Positions 9,197-19,063 of a stretch of DNA of 43,189 bases are shown one piece after another (positions within the stretch are counted from its first letter, which is position 1; each line of letters opens with the position of its first letter). The stretch lies in contig JBGXYD010000065.1 in assembly GCA_041815005.1 (NCBI GenBank), positions 1 through 43,189 of the forward strand, read 5' to 3'. The notes beneath the pieces were generated by a model that was not told where the DNA came from, made no database searches, and saw nothing but the letters and a program-made list of their open reading frames with translations. The position numbers were made by a program, and so were the translations under genes. This DNA comes from Leptotrichia sp. (GTDB lineage Bacteria > Fusobacteriota > Fusobacteriia > Fusobacteriales > Leptotrichiaceae).

Positions 9197-10420
9197 TTAC
9201 TCTCCTGTTATCTCCTGTGAATTTAACCTCTTTATCTCATAACCTTCCTTTTTAAAACTTTCTATTATTTTTTTTATATGCTCTTCTCCATTGGTTTCCA
9301 CAGTAACCTGAAGTTCCACCTCATGAAATCTGTCAAGATTCTTGAACTGATTATGTTCAAGTCTTATTACATTGGCATTTTCATCTGACAGTATCCGGGA
9401 AACAGCCACCAGTTGCCCTGGCTTGTCAGGAAGATCTACTGAAAACTTAAATATCCTTCCCCTAACAACAAGCCCTTTATTAATCATTGAGGATATTGTT
9501 AAAACGTCTATATTCCCTCCACTTAAGATGGAAATTATCTTTTTACCCTTTACATTCAGTTTTTTCAACCCTGCTACAGATAAAATTCCTGCATTTTCCG
9601 CTACGATTTTATGTTTTTCCACAAGAAGGAGAAAGGACTCCATTAATTCGTAATCTGAAACTGTTATAATCTCGTCAACATAGTTTTTTATATAGTCAAA
9701 GTCTATATCTCCTATTTTTTTTACAGCTGCTCCGTCTGCAATTGTACTTACTTCCTTGAGTTCCGTCACTTCCCCCAACTCAAGGGATTTCATGGCACTA
9801 GCAGCCCCTTCAGGTTCCACTCCGATAATCTTTATTTGGGGATTTTTTAGTTTAGCAGCAGCAGCCACCCCTGAAATAAGTCCACCGCCACCAAGGGGAA
9901 CCATAATTATGTCTGCATCAGGTATTTCCTCCATTACTTCCAATGCTATTGTCCCTTGCCCCTCTATGACATCTACATCATTAAAGGGATGAATAAACAC
10001 GTATCCTTCTTTTTCCTGTAGTTCTAATGCCTTCTGATACGCCTCGTCATAGACTTCCCCATGGAGAATAACCTCTGCACCATACTGTCTTGTAGCTTCT
10101 ACCTTTATAAGGGGGGTATGTCTTGGCATTACTATGACTGCCTTAATTCCCAGTTTTTGGGCTGCAAGAGCGACCCCCTGGGCATGGTTTCCAGCAGAAG
10201 AAGCAATTACCCCTCTGTTTTTTTCCTCCTTCGTAAGCTTTGCTATCTTGTTATAAGCCCCCCTTAGCTTAAAGGATCCTGTTCTTTGGAGATTTTCAGG
10301 TTTTATATATACCTGATTACCTGTTTCCTTTGAAAATACACTGCTATGAATCAGCTTTGTCTTTACGATTACTGTTCCCAGCCTTTCCCTTGCTTCCATA
10401 AAATCATATAACTTATGCAA
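9197..10420 (-). CDS. ilvA: Threonine ammonia-lyase with single C-terminal ACT domain
   Basis: KPENLQRTGSFKLRG PLP-lysine motif, SAGNHAQG, GGGGLISG; probable TTG start at 10420 after AGGTGG (track start 10429). Confidence 0.93.
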   Translation of the reverse strand: MHKLYDFMEARERLGTVIVKTKLIHSSVFSKETGNQVYIKPENLQRTGSFKLRGAYNKIAKLTKEEKNRGVIASSAGNHAQGVALAAQKLGIKAVIVMPRHTPLIKVEATRQYGAEVILHGEVYDEAYQKALELQEKEGYVFIHPFNDVDVIEGQGTIALEVMEEIPDADIIMVPLGGGGLISGVAAAAKLKNPQIKIIGVEPEGAASAMKSLELGEVTELKEVSTIADGAAVKKIGDIDFDYIKNYVDEIITVSDYELMESFLLLVEKHKIVAENAGILSVAGLKKLNVKGKKIISILSGGNIDVLTISSMINKGLVVRGRIFKFSVDLPDKPGQLVAVSRILSDENANVIRLEHNQFKNLDRFHEVELQVTVETNGEEHIKKIIESFKKEGYEIKRLNSQEITGE

Positions 10421-10576
10421 TTTTTCCACCTTCTTCTATTATTTTATCATTTATAATTTTTATTCTATTCCAATACGGTGTCAGCCCTCTTTTTTCAGTT
10501 CTGTTATTTTTTCTGTTCCAGCCTACTTTAAAGTCTACATTTTTAAATCTAGATTTTTTTCTTTGGGTATTTTTAT

Positions 10577-12241
10577 TTAGTCCAGTATCTCAATTGCCCC
10601 TTCGGCAGCTGATGACACATGCATCGCATACTTTTTCAAATATCCTCCAACTGTTATTTTATAAGGTTCCAACTTTAATTTTCTTTCTGCAATTTCCTCA
10701 TCTGAAAGTTTTACATTCAGTTTTCTCTCTGGAATATTTATCTCTATAATATCCCCATCCTGAACTATAGCTATCGTTCCACCCGCAGCAGCTTCAGGGG
10801 ATACATGTCCTATGGAAGCCCCTCTCGTTGCGCCTGAAAATCTTCCATCTGTTATAAGGGCTACGTCTTTATCCAGCCCCATTCCTGCAATCATGGCAGT
10901 CGGAGATAGCATTTCCCTCATTCCGGGTCCTCCTTTAGGTCCTTCATATCTTATTACTACCACATCTCCAGCCTTAATTTTTCCACCAACTATAGCTTCC
11001 ACAGCATCCTCTTCGTTGTCAAATACCTTTGCAGGTCCCGAATGCACAAGCATTTCTTTGGCAACTGCCCCTTCCTTTACTACACAGCCGTCCTGTGCAA
11101 GATTTCCCTTCAGTACAGCAATCCCCCCCGTGATATACGCAGGATTATCCCAAGTCCTTATAACATCATCATCGTTTATATAAGCATCCTTTACAAGCTC
11201 TGCCTGCGTCTGAAGGGCAACAGTCTTGGCATCTCCATTAAGCCTCCCGTTCTCATACATTCTCTTCATTACTCCTGTTACCCCACCTGCCCTGTACAAA
11301 TCCTCTATAAAGTATTCCCCTGAAGGAGAAAGTTTACATAGCTGAGGTGTTGTCCTTGCTATATCATTAAAATCATCCAAAGTAAGTTTTATACCGGCTT
11401 CATGGGCTATTGCAGGAAGATGTAATGCCGTATTTGATGATCCCCCAAGTGCCATATCCACAGCAACAGCATTTTCAAAGGCTTCCTTTGTCATAATATC
11501 CTTTGGTTTTAAGTCTGCCTTTAAAACTTCCATTATTTGCATTCCTGCTTTTTTAGCAAGCCTTAATCTTTCAGAAAACACAGCAGGAACCGTTCCATTT
11601 CCAGGAAGCCCCATTCCTAGTGCCTCTGTCAGGCAATTCATAGTATTTGCCGTATACATTCCTGAACATGATCCACAAGTAGGACAGGCAAGGTCCTCCA
11701 CCATATTCAATTCCTTTTTAGTTATGAGCCCTGAGTTATATTGCCCAACAGCCTCAAATACATTACTTAAACCAACCTTCTTTCCCTTATAGACTCCAGC
11801 CAGCATTGCCCCTCCACTTATAAATATCGAAGGAATATTCAGCCTCGCTGCTGCTATAAGCATCCCCGGTACCACCTTATCACAGTTTGGAATAAATACT
11901 ATGGCGTCAAACGGTGTCGCCATTGCAGTAGCCTCTATGGAATCAGCTATAATATTTCTTGTCACTAGGGAATACTTCATTCCCAGATGGTTCATGGCAA
12001 GCCCGTCACATATTCCAATTGTATTGAACTCCATAGGAACTCCTCCGGCATTTCTTATACCGTCCTTTACCGACTGTACCAAAGTCTGCAGATGTACATG
12101 TCCCGGTATTATTTCATTATAGGAATTGGCAATCCCGATAATCGGTCTGTCCATTTCCTCGTTTACAAACCCCAGTCCTTTCAATAGTGATCTATGGGGT
12201 GCCCTTGCTGCCCCTTTTGTTAAATTGTTACTTCTTGACAT
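10577..12241 (-). CDS. ilvD: Dihydroxy-acid dehydratase
   Basis: [38 protein letters not shown]; ATG 12241 after AGGAG. Confidence 0.97.
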   Translation of the reverse strand: MSRSNNLTKGAARAPHRSLLKGLGFVNEEMDRPIIGIANSYNEIIPGHVHLQTLVQSVKDGIRNAGGVPMEFNTIGICDGLAMNHLGMKYSLVTRNIIADSIEATAMATPFDAIVFIPNCDKVVPGMLIAAARLNIPSIFISGGAMLAGVYKGKKVGLSNVFEAVGQYNSGLITKKELNMVEDLACPTCGSCSGMYTANTMNCLTEALGMGLPGNGTVPAVFSERLRLAKKAGMQIMEVLKADLKPKDIMTKEAFENAVAVDMALGGSSNTALHLPAIAHEAGIKLTLDDFNDIARTTPQLCKLSPSGEYFIEDLYRAGGVTGVMKRMYENGRLNGDAKTVALQTQAELVKDAYINDDDVIRTWDNPAYITGGIAVLKGNLAQDGCVVKEGAVAKEMLVHSGPAKVFDNEEDAVEAIVGGKIKAGDVVVIRYEGPKGGPGMREMLSPTAMIAGMGLDKDVALITDGRFSGATRGASIGHVSPEAAAGGTIAIVQDGDIIEINIPERKLNVKLSDEEIAERKLKLEPYKITVGGYLKKYAMHVSSAAEGAIEILD

Positions 12242-12272
12242 TGATTTCACTCTCCTTAATATTTAAAATCTT

Positions 12273-12306
12273 AAAATTAAAAGGCGACTCCTTACTCGAA
12301 TCGCCT
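12273..12306 (-). terminator. Intrinsic terminator (attenuator) in the ilvD leader
   Basis: mRNA AGGCGAUUC-GAGUAAG-GAGUCGCCU followed by UUUAAUUUU; 9-bp stem about 30 nt upstream of the ilvD start. Confidence 0.85.
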
Positions 12307-12396
12307 CAAAAGTCTATATCAGATTTTTATTTCCAAGAAATGGTTAAAACTTATCCAGCTTAAACCTATTAAATTTTGCCAGGTTAAAATATCAGA

Positions 12397-12546
12397 TTAA
12401 TAGTAGTCGTTTCTTCTTTCTTTTACCGTTGGCATCATAAAATCATTCTTAGAAACTTTTAAGGCAGAAAATTTTAATTCCTTCACCAAAAGGACTTCAA
12501 GAACTTCTATAATGAGCAGTAATATGACTAATATTAACAATAACAT
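12397..12546 (-). CDS. Leu/Ile/Val-rich leader peptide of the ilv operon (49 aa)
   Basis: AGGAGG SD, ATG 12546, MLLLILVILLLIIEVLEVLLVKELKFSALKVSKNDFMMPTVKERRNDYY*; codons 2-13 are all L/I/V. Confidence 0.82.
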   Translation of the reverse strand: MLLLILVILLLIIEVLEVLLVKELKFSALKVSKNDFMMPTVKERRNDYY

Positions 12547-12583
12547 TTTTCCTCCTAAATTTAACTTAATCTATTATATAATT

Positions 12584-12612
12584 ATTTTATCAAAAATAAC
12601 CATTAATGTAAA
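12584..12612 (-). promoter_or_regulatory. Putative sigma70 promoter of the ilv leader
   Basis: TTTACA - 17 nt - TAAAAT with TGn extension; AT-rich context lowers specificity. Confidence 0.55.
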
Positions 12613-12628
12613 ATATAGTATTTTAATT

Positions 12629-12648
12629 TTTACCATATATATGGTAAA
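12629..12648. promoter_or_regulatory. Perfect 20-bp palindrome, candidate operator
   Basis: TTTACCATATATATGGTAAA is its own reverse complement, just upstream of the putative -35. Confidence 0.5.
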
Positions 12649-12765
12649 TGTAATTAATGTTTTAAAAATTATTTTTTTTGAAAAGTAATATTTTTCATGC
12701 AAATATATTTAAGTTATTTTCAGAGACGTATCCCCGTAATCAGATAATAGAAGAATGCCTATAAA

Positions 12766-12805
12766 AAGGACTGTATAGAAGTTAAAATTCTTTTAGACAG
12801 TCCTT
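12766..12805. terminator. Inverted repeat downstream of truncated pspA
   Basis: AAGGACTGTATAGAAG...CTTTTAGACAGTCCTT, followed by a U-tract on the minus strand. Confidence 0.7.
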
Positions 12806-12822
12806 ATCTTTATTAAATTAAA

Positions 12823-13374
12823 CTAACTTTGTTCCACATTCATGACAGAATTTTCCTCCATAGAATTAAATGCTGATATTTTCCCGCTTACTCCTGATGA
12901 AGATGTCATTGCATTAATTTTTTGTGCAGACTTAGCCATTTTTATTTTTGATTTTATTTCATTTTTTCTAGTATTGAGTTTTTGTATATCTGATGTAAGT
13001 TTATCATGCATTTCCCTCATTTTTAAAGAATTCTGAACTGTAATCACTTTTTCATTTTCCAATGATTGCAACCTTATTTTTAAAGATTCCTTCTTTTCAA
13101 GGAACATTCTTGCATCAGCTTCGTTTCCCGCCTGAAGAGCCTTTCTCACATAATTTTCCATTTTTTTCATTTCCTCTTCACATTCAGAAACTTTTCTTTT
13201 AACTGCACTTTCCTGTGCCATCACAGCAACTGTTTCAGCTTTTACACTTCCTAGATCCTTTTCCATATCCCTCAAATATTGGTCTATCATTTTTTCAGGA
13301 TCTTCCATCTTATCCAATAATGCATTGATATTGGATGACATTATCGTTTTAAACCTTTCTAAAATACCTGCCAT
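12823..13374 (-). CDS. pspA: PspA/IM30 family protein, probably C-terminally truncated
   Basis: GILERFKTIMSSNINALLDKMEDPEKMIDQYLRDM coiled-coil; ends shortly after AFNSMEE; SD AGGAGG. Confidence 0.85.
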   Translation of the reverse strand: MAGILERFKTIMSSNINALLDKMEDPEKMIDQYLRDMEKDLGSVKAETVAVMAQESAVKRKVSECEEEMKKMENYVRKALQAGNEADARMFLEKKESLKIRLQSLENEKVITVQNSLKMREMHDKLTSDIQKLNTRKNEIKSKIKMAKSAQKINAMTSSSGVSGKISAFNSMEENSVMNVEQS

Positions 13375-13394
13375 TTTCAATTCCTCCTATAATT

Positions 13395-14445
13395 TTATTC
13401 TTTAACAAAGTAAAGTATTACTCCCGCTACTATTAATGCCAGTATAACTGCTATTGCTATCTTAACTACTGATTTCGGATATTCTCCAACTATATTTCCA
13501 TTTTCCCCATTTATGATTATTTGATAGGATTTTCCGTTAAATGAATAAGACATTGAGTATATAGGTAACAGTAAAAGCCTATAATATTCATCACTCCAGA
13601 AAACAGAATACTCTATATTCCTAACTCTATCGTAATTTCTGAGTACTTCTAATTCAATTGTTTCATAAATTTTGTTTTCCATTTTTTTCTTAGCTTCCTC
13701 ATAACCCTCTCTCATGGGTACTTTAAAGATTTCAGAGTTATATCCGGATAAATATCCTGAGTTAAAACTGATTGTATTTTCAACATTAAACCCCCAGATT
13801 TTTTATAAGTTCGTCATCCAATGTTTTCGATGCCCTCATTATAATATTTTTAAACTTATTTTTAACTTGTCCATTTACATAATACCAGTCAGTAACTGTT
13901 TCTGTTTTTGTCTTTCCATCTTCTTCATAAGTTTCTGTTCTGTCTATCCCTCCTTCAGCAGTATAGCTGCTTTCTGCATTGTTATCAAAAGACCAGTAGG
14001 GAAGATACATTCCTGTTACTTTCCCGCTTTGATACAAATTTTTTAATGCATTGGGAGCAAACCACCTATCCTTTACCCAATTTGAAAAAAGATTTCCAAT
14101 TTCTTTTTTATCTACAAGAAAGGGTCTCATTCCATCAGGTTCTAGAACTGATACCGCCTTTTCACTCATTACAATATTTGAATCACAGTATGGACATTTC
14201 CCTGAAGTTTCATGAGAATTCATTTCAATTGTAGCACCACAGGAACTACACTCTATAATCGTCACGATTTCCGGCACTTCGTTTTTTATCCTTCCTTCAT
14301 ATTCCTTTATACTGTGCCTTTTCCATGTAAGGGTTTGAGGTAAATTTTTTTCCGTTCCACAGTTCTCACATTTCAAACTCTTAGACTTTGGATTGTATCT
14401 CATCATTCCGCCACAGCTTTTACATCTAAAATCGTCACTACTCAT
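13395..14445 (-). pseudogene. Zinc-ribbon-containing membrane protein, frameshifted
   Basis: Four CxxC motifs, YLPYWSF, C-terminal LLLPIY...INGENG + TM; frame switches at the G5 run 13791-13795 (NLG|FNVENTISFNSGYLSGY continues into the 13395..13715 ORF). Confidence 0.85.
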
Positions 14446-15086
14446 AATTTCTCCTTTCTATCTAATATGTAGTGATTTGTAAAACTAAATTCTCCTTTTA
14501 AAACCAATATATCCCAAATTTTTTGTTTTTTATTTTTCTCCATTTTACCTATGTTTCTTTTTTAGTTTTTTAATAATGACATTAAATTTATAAGAAAAAA
14601 TTGTAGTACAGTTATGTGACTTAATAGTGTGTTTTTTTGTGAAATTTTAAACTTAATTTGCTATAGACTTCGGAAAAGCCCTACTTTTGTATTCTTCTTT
14701 TAGCAGATTAAGTTTTTTCTTTAAGTGAAATTTTAATTATAACAAGATTTTTTGGTACCTTTTGATTTTTCAAAAAGCTCATTTATTTTACAAATACTTA
14801 ATTCATATGATTTGTATTTTTACTTTAATTATAAGTTTGAATTATTCACTCATATTATACCTCGAAAATCCAAAAAAGGTTATCATAAAATTATATTTTT
14901 TTAAATTTTTTAGAAAAATTTGAATACTTTAATCTAAACATAATAAACCTTTTAGTTGTTTTAGTTTTCAAATATGCTTTATCAAAGTTTGTTATTGACA
15001 GTAACAGATAAAAACTTGCTTACAATGTAAAATAACAGAAGCCTTTATAAATTAAAAATATTAAGATTCATATATTCAGAAATTTT

Positions 15087-15110
15087 AAAAAGAGGCTTAT
15101 GCCCCTTTTA
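15087..15110 (-). terminator. Probable terminator of the membrane protein gene
   Basis: AAAAGAGGC-ttat-GCCCCTTTT hairpin flanked by A/T tracts. Confidence 0.55.
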
Positions 15111-15120
15111 TCTTAATATT

Positions 15121-15456
15121 TTATTTATGCGTAATTGTAAAAATTATAGCCATAATAATTATCACTGCTGTAACTAGTAAAAAGAACCCGCTTATCACTA
15201 ATGAAACAAAATTCATCATATTCCGATTTTCATGATTTCTAATACATAAAACAGAAAGTATAAAACCTCCTAATATACATATTACGTTTATTGCTCCCAA
15301 TATATGGGACATCATATAGTTCATTTTAAATAATACCGCCAATTGATTTAATAATGGTATTAAGCTCATAACAAGAGCCAGTCTACTTACTTTCAAATGC
15401 TCTTCCTTCCCCTTAAACATATCCTTGTTTGATTTTCTAATATCTGCACTATTCAT
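15121..15456 (-). CDS. Hypothetical membrane protein (3 TM)
   Basis: 111-aa hydrophobic ORF with SD GAGGAG, divergent from the two-component system. Confidence 0.75.
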   Translation of the reverse strand: MNSADIRKSNKDMFKGKEEHLKVSRLALVMSLIPLLNQLAVLFKMNYMMSHILGAINVICILGGFILSVLCIRNHENRNMMNFVSLVISGFFLLVTAVIIIMAIIFTITHK

Positions 15457-15541
15457 AGCTATCTCCTCTTTTCTTATTTTTTAGAAAGACGCATACTTTA
15501 TTATATTAAAATTTTATTTTTAATATTCTAATACACTTCTT

Positions 15542-15610
15542 CCTTACAATGATATAATACCACACTAACCTTACAATAAGATTCCTTCTACTTTACATTT
15601 ACCTTACTTT
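15542..15610. promoter_or_regulatory. Direct repeats CYTTACA(A/T)T, candidate OmpR-family binding sites
   Basis: Copies start at 15542, 15569, 15591 and 15602 (spacings 27, 22, 11 bp). Confidence 0.55.
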
Positions 15611-15687
15611 TTCTGAAAATAGAAAAATAATACTCACTTATATGCTATAATAAATTATAAAATTTTTATATGTTAAGGAGACATAAA

Positions 15688-16392
15688 ATGACTGAAAAAC
15701 ATTTAATAAATAAATATATTTTAATTGTGGATGATGATGATGAAATTTTAAGCATGATCGTATCTATTTTAAATGATGCAGGATATAAAAATATAAAAAC
15801 TTCAAAAAATGTGAAAGATACATTGGAAACTATTAAAAACAATAATCCTGATATTGCCATACTGGATGTAATGTTACCTGATGGAAATGGTTTTGACTTA
15901 ATGAAAAGTTTAAGGGAAAAAAATGATTATCCTGTATTATTTCTTACAGCCCGTGGAGAAGATGAAGATATATTCAAAGGGTTCGGATTAGGTGCTGACG
16001 ACTATATTGTAAAGCCCTTTCTACCGAAGGAACTCCTGTTTAGAATTACTGCAATTTTGAGAAGAACTTATAAGGAGGAAAGCAACTTAGTGAAATTACA
16101 AGAATGCTATATTGATTTTTCCCGTGGAGAAGTCATAAAAAATAATGAAACTATTTCTTTGACTGCAAAAGAATATGAACTTTTATTGACTTTATATAGA
16201 AATGCTGGTCGCATTGTTACCATCGATACCTTATGTGAAGCAATTTGGGGAGAAAATGCCTATGTTTACTCAAATTCCCTAATGACTCATATTAGACGTA
16301 TCAGGGAAAAAATAGAGCTTGATCCTTCCCATCCTGTATCATTAATAACAATGAAGGGATTAGGCTACAAATTAATTGTGGAGGAAAAATAA
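15688..16392 (+). CDS. OmpR/PhoB family response regulator
   Basis: ILIVDDD, LDVMLPD, FLTAR, GADDYIVKPF, winged-helix HIRRIREKIE...GLGYK. Confidence 0.95.
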   Translation: MTEKHLINKYILIVDDDDEILSMIVSILNDAGYKNIKTSKNVKDTLETIKNNNPDIAILDVMLPDGNGFDLMKSLREKNDYPVLFLTARGEDEDIFKGFGLGADDYIVKPFLPKELLFRITAILRRTYKEESNLVKLQECYIDFSRGEVIKNNETISLTAKEYELLLTLYRNAGRIVTIDTLCEAIWGENAYVYSNSLMTHIRRIREKIELDPSHPVSLITMKGLGYKLIVEEK

Positions 16393-16393
16393 T

Positions 16394-17806
16394 ATGAAAA
16401 ATATACTAAAACTTGTTCACCGCTTCATTTTAATAATAATGTCAAGTCTCTTTTTACTTCTAATATTAAATTTAATATTTTATGGTTTTTGGATTGTTAA
16501 ATATATACCTTCCATTTCCCCTGAAAAGAACACATTTAAGACTGCCAATGCCTTAAAACTCGTAAATGGAAAGTATACTTTACCCAATAATATTTCCTAC
16601 CATTTAAAGGAACAAAATATATGGGCTTTGTTGATTGATAACGATACACAAAAAGTAATTTGGCATACAGATAATATACCTGATAATATTCCAAGACAAT
16701 ATTCAGTGGCAGATATTGCTGTCTTTTCCCATGGATATATAAAAAATTATCCTGTCTTTACTGCTAAAGTGGAGAATCATCTAATGGTGTTAGGATATCC
16801 AAAAAAAAGCTATTGGAAACATCCAACAGGATCTTGGGAATATAAACTTATTGAAAGTTTTCCCAAATTTATATTTATATCCTTTTGCTTAAACATTATT
16901 TTTATATTTCTAATATATATTTTCACTAATTCAAAATTTCTGAAGTCAGTAAATCCTATAATTAAAGGTATACAAGATCTAGCTAAGGATAATCCTGTGC
17001 ATTTGGAAGAAAAAGGTTTGTTGTCAGAACTTGCCCAAAACATAAATAAGACTTCTGAAATTTTACAAAATCAGAAGGAACAATTAAGAAATAAGGATAA
17101 TGCAAGAGCTAACTGGATTGCTGGAGTTTCCCATGACATTCGGACACCTTTGTCAATGATAACAGGATATACAAGTCAATTAAAGGAGCTCCCTGATTTA
17201 TCCTTTGATCAGTCTAAAAAACTTTCTATCATTTTAAAACAAAGTGAACGTATAAAAACATTAATAAATGATCTTAACCTCGCATCAAAACTTGAATATG
17301 ACATGCAGCCGTTCAGTCTTAGACAGGAAAATGCTATCTCTGTTGTAAGACAGGTAGTTGTTGATTTTTTAAATATAAATATTGATGAAAAGTTTTCCAT
17401 TGTATGGGAAACTAAAGATAATTTTATTTCCTGTTTTATTAACATTGACAAAAATCTAATAAAACGTGCATTGACTAATTTAATTCAAAACAGTATTAAT
17501 CATAATGAAGATGGATGTATAATCTATGTCTCAGTAAAGGATGACAAGAATAATTGTATAATTTGCATTGAAGATGATGGGATAGGAATATCTGATCATC
17601 AGTTAAAGAAACTTGACAATATTCCGCATTATATGTCCTGTAATACTGATTCTCAAGAACAACGCCACGGACTAGGTCTTCTAATAGTAAAAAAAATTAT
17701 TAATGCCCATTTAGGGAAAATAGAAATGGAACACAGTGAACATGGAGGATTTAAAGTTTCCTTAATTATTCCAAAAGCTGATATAACATCAGGGAAAATA
17801 TCATAA
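16394..17806 (+). CDS. Sensor histidine kinase
   Basis: Two TM segments, H-box SHDIRTPLS, N-box NLIQNS, DDGIG, GLGL. Confidence 0.94.
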   Translation: MKNILKLVHRFILIIMSSLFLLLILNLIFYGFWIVKYIPSISPEKNTFKTANALKLVNGKYTLPNNISYHLKEQNIWALLIDNDTQKVIWHTDNIPDNIPRQYSVADIAVFSHGYIKNYPVFTAKVENHLMVLGYPKKSYWKHPTGSWEYKLIESFPKFIFISFCLNIIFIFLIYIFTNSKFLKSVNPIIKGIQDLAKDNPVHLEEKGLLSELAQNINKTSEILQNQKEQLRNKDNARANWIAGVSHDIRTPLSMITGYTSQLKELPDLSFDQSKKLSIILKQSERIKTLINDLNLASKLEYDMQPFSLRQENAISVVRQVVVDFLNINIDEKFSIVWETKDNFISCFINIDKNLIKRALTNLIQNSINHNEDGCIIYVSVKDDKNNCIICIEDDGIGISDHQLKKLDNIPHYMSCNTDSQEQRHGLGLLIVKKIINAHLGKIEMEHSEHGGFKVSLIIPKADITSGKIS

Positions 17807-17833
17807 ACTGCAAATCCTATTAACTATTTTAAT

Positions 17834-17930
17834 AAAGGGGCTGTCTCATAAAGGACATATACCTCCAGACTTTTCAATTCTCATTGTCCAGTTTTTGGGT
17901 ACATGTTCTTACTTATGGAATAACCCCTTT
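17834..17930. repeat. Long imperfect inverted repeat between convergent genes (terminator or MITE-like remnant)
   Basis: AAAGGGGCTGTCTCATAA-AGGACATATACC ... GGTACATGTTCT-TTATGGAATAACCCCTTT nested pairing. Confidence 0.65.
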
Positions 17931-17986
17931 TAAATTTATCTTTACTATCTTAATTTCGAATTATTTTATATCTTTCTATTATTATT

Positions 17987-19063
17987 TTACTCTATGATAA
18001 TAAGCTCCTTACTGCTTCTATTGAGGATTTCACAGCCATCAGATGTTACTACTACATCATCTTCTATCCTTACTCCACCCCAACCTTCATAATACAGTCC
18101 AGGCTCTACAGTTACAATCATATTTTCCTTTAATTCAATATGGGATACACTTGACAAATATGGAAGCTCATGAATTTCAATCCCTATACCGTGTCCCAGC
18201 CCATGTCCGAAATATTCAGCATGACCTTTTTCCTTAAAGAAGTTTCTTACAACTTTATCTACATCATCAGACATCATTCCGGCCTTCACAGTGTCTACTC
18301 CCAAGAGCTGTGCCTCTAAAACCATGTTGTAGACCTCCCTGTGCCTTTCAGTTATATTGTTTCCATAGTAAATTGTCCTTGTCATGTCGGATACATATCC
18401 ATCATAATATGCCCCAAAATCCATTGTTATAAACTCATCCCTTTTTATTTTCTTATCACTTGCCACTCCATGGGGCATTGCACTCCTGTAACCGCTTGCC
18501 ACAATTGTGTTAAATGACCTGTCCTCAGCTCCCAGTTTTCTCTGGATATATTCCATATATCCTGCTATTTCCTTTTCCGATACCCCTTCCTTTATTACTT
18601 TCAATACCTCACTAAAGGCAATATCACTTATTTCTATAGCTTTTTTTATTATTTCGATTTCATCAGGAGTCTTAACCATTCTTTCCAATATAAGTTTGTC
18701 TCCCATAGGAACAAGTTCCCCTTTAAAGATTTCTTTTAATGTATTATAAAGAAAAAAAGTAACATTTTTATCTTCAAAACCTATTTTATTTATTCCCAGT
18801 CTTTCTGCATACTCTCCCACCTTATTCAATGTTCCTCGTGATATTTCCACAAATTCAAATCCCATAGGAACAACCTGTTCTTCAGCCTGTGTTCTATATC
18901 TAAAGTCTGAAAAGAAAAAGTTTCCTTTTTTAGTTGCAAGAGCAACTCCAGTTGTTCCTGTAAATCCTAAAAAATATCTTAAGTTATATAAATCTGTCAG
19001 AAATATCCCATCCAGATTCATTTCATCTAAGATTTTTCCCAATTTTTCTGTTCTTTTTACCAT
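17987..19063 (-). CDS. pepP: Xaa-Pro aminopeptidase/dipeptidase (M24 family)
   Basis: Creatinase N domain, PHG, DFG..SDMTRT, HGLGHGIG.EIHE, EPG, RIEDD. Confidence 0.92.
   Translation of the reverse strand: MVKRTEKLGKILDEMNLDGIFLTDLYNLRYFLGFTGTTGVALATKKGNFFFSDFRYRTQAEEQVVPMGFEFVEISRGTLNKVGEYAERLGINKIGFEDKNVTFFLYNTLKEIFKGELVPMGDKLILERMVKTPDEIEIIKKAIEISDIAFSEVLKVIKEGVSEKEIAGYMEYIQRKLGAEDRSFNTIVASGYRSAMPHGVASDKKIKRDEFITMDFGAYYDGYVSDMTRTIYYGNNITERHREVYNMVLEAQLLGVDTVKAGMMSDDVDKVVRNFFKEKGHAEYFGHGLGHGIGIEIHELPYLSSVSHIELKENMIVTVEPGLYYEGWGGVRIEDDVVVTSDGCEILNRSSKELIIIE

Noticed and set aside
10430-10576. Possible regulatory RNA between ilvD and ilvA
   Set aside because: No convincing stem, terminator or uORF
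12250-12600. T-box riboswitch upstream of ilvD
   Set aside because: No T-box consensus (AGGGUGGNACCGCG) found; the leader-peptide model explains the structures
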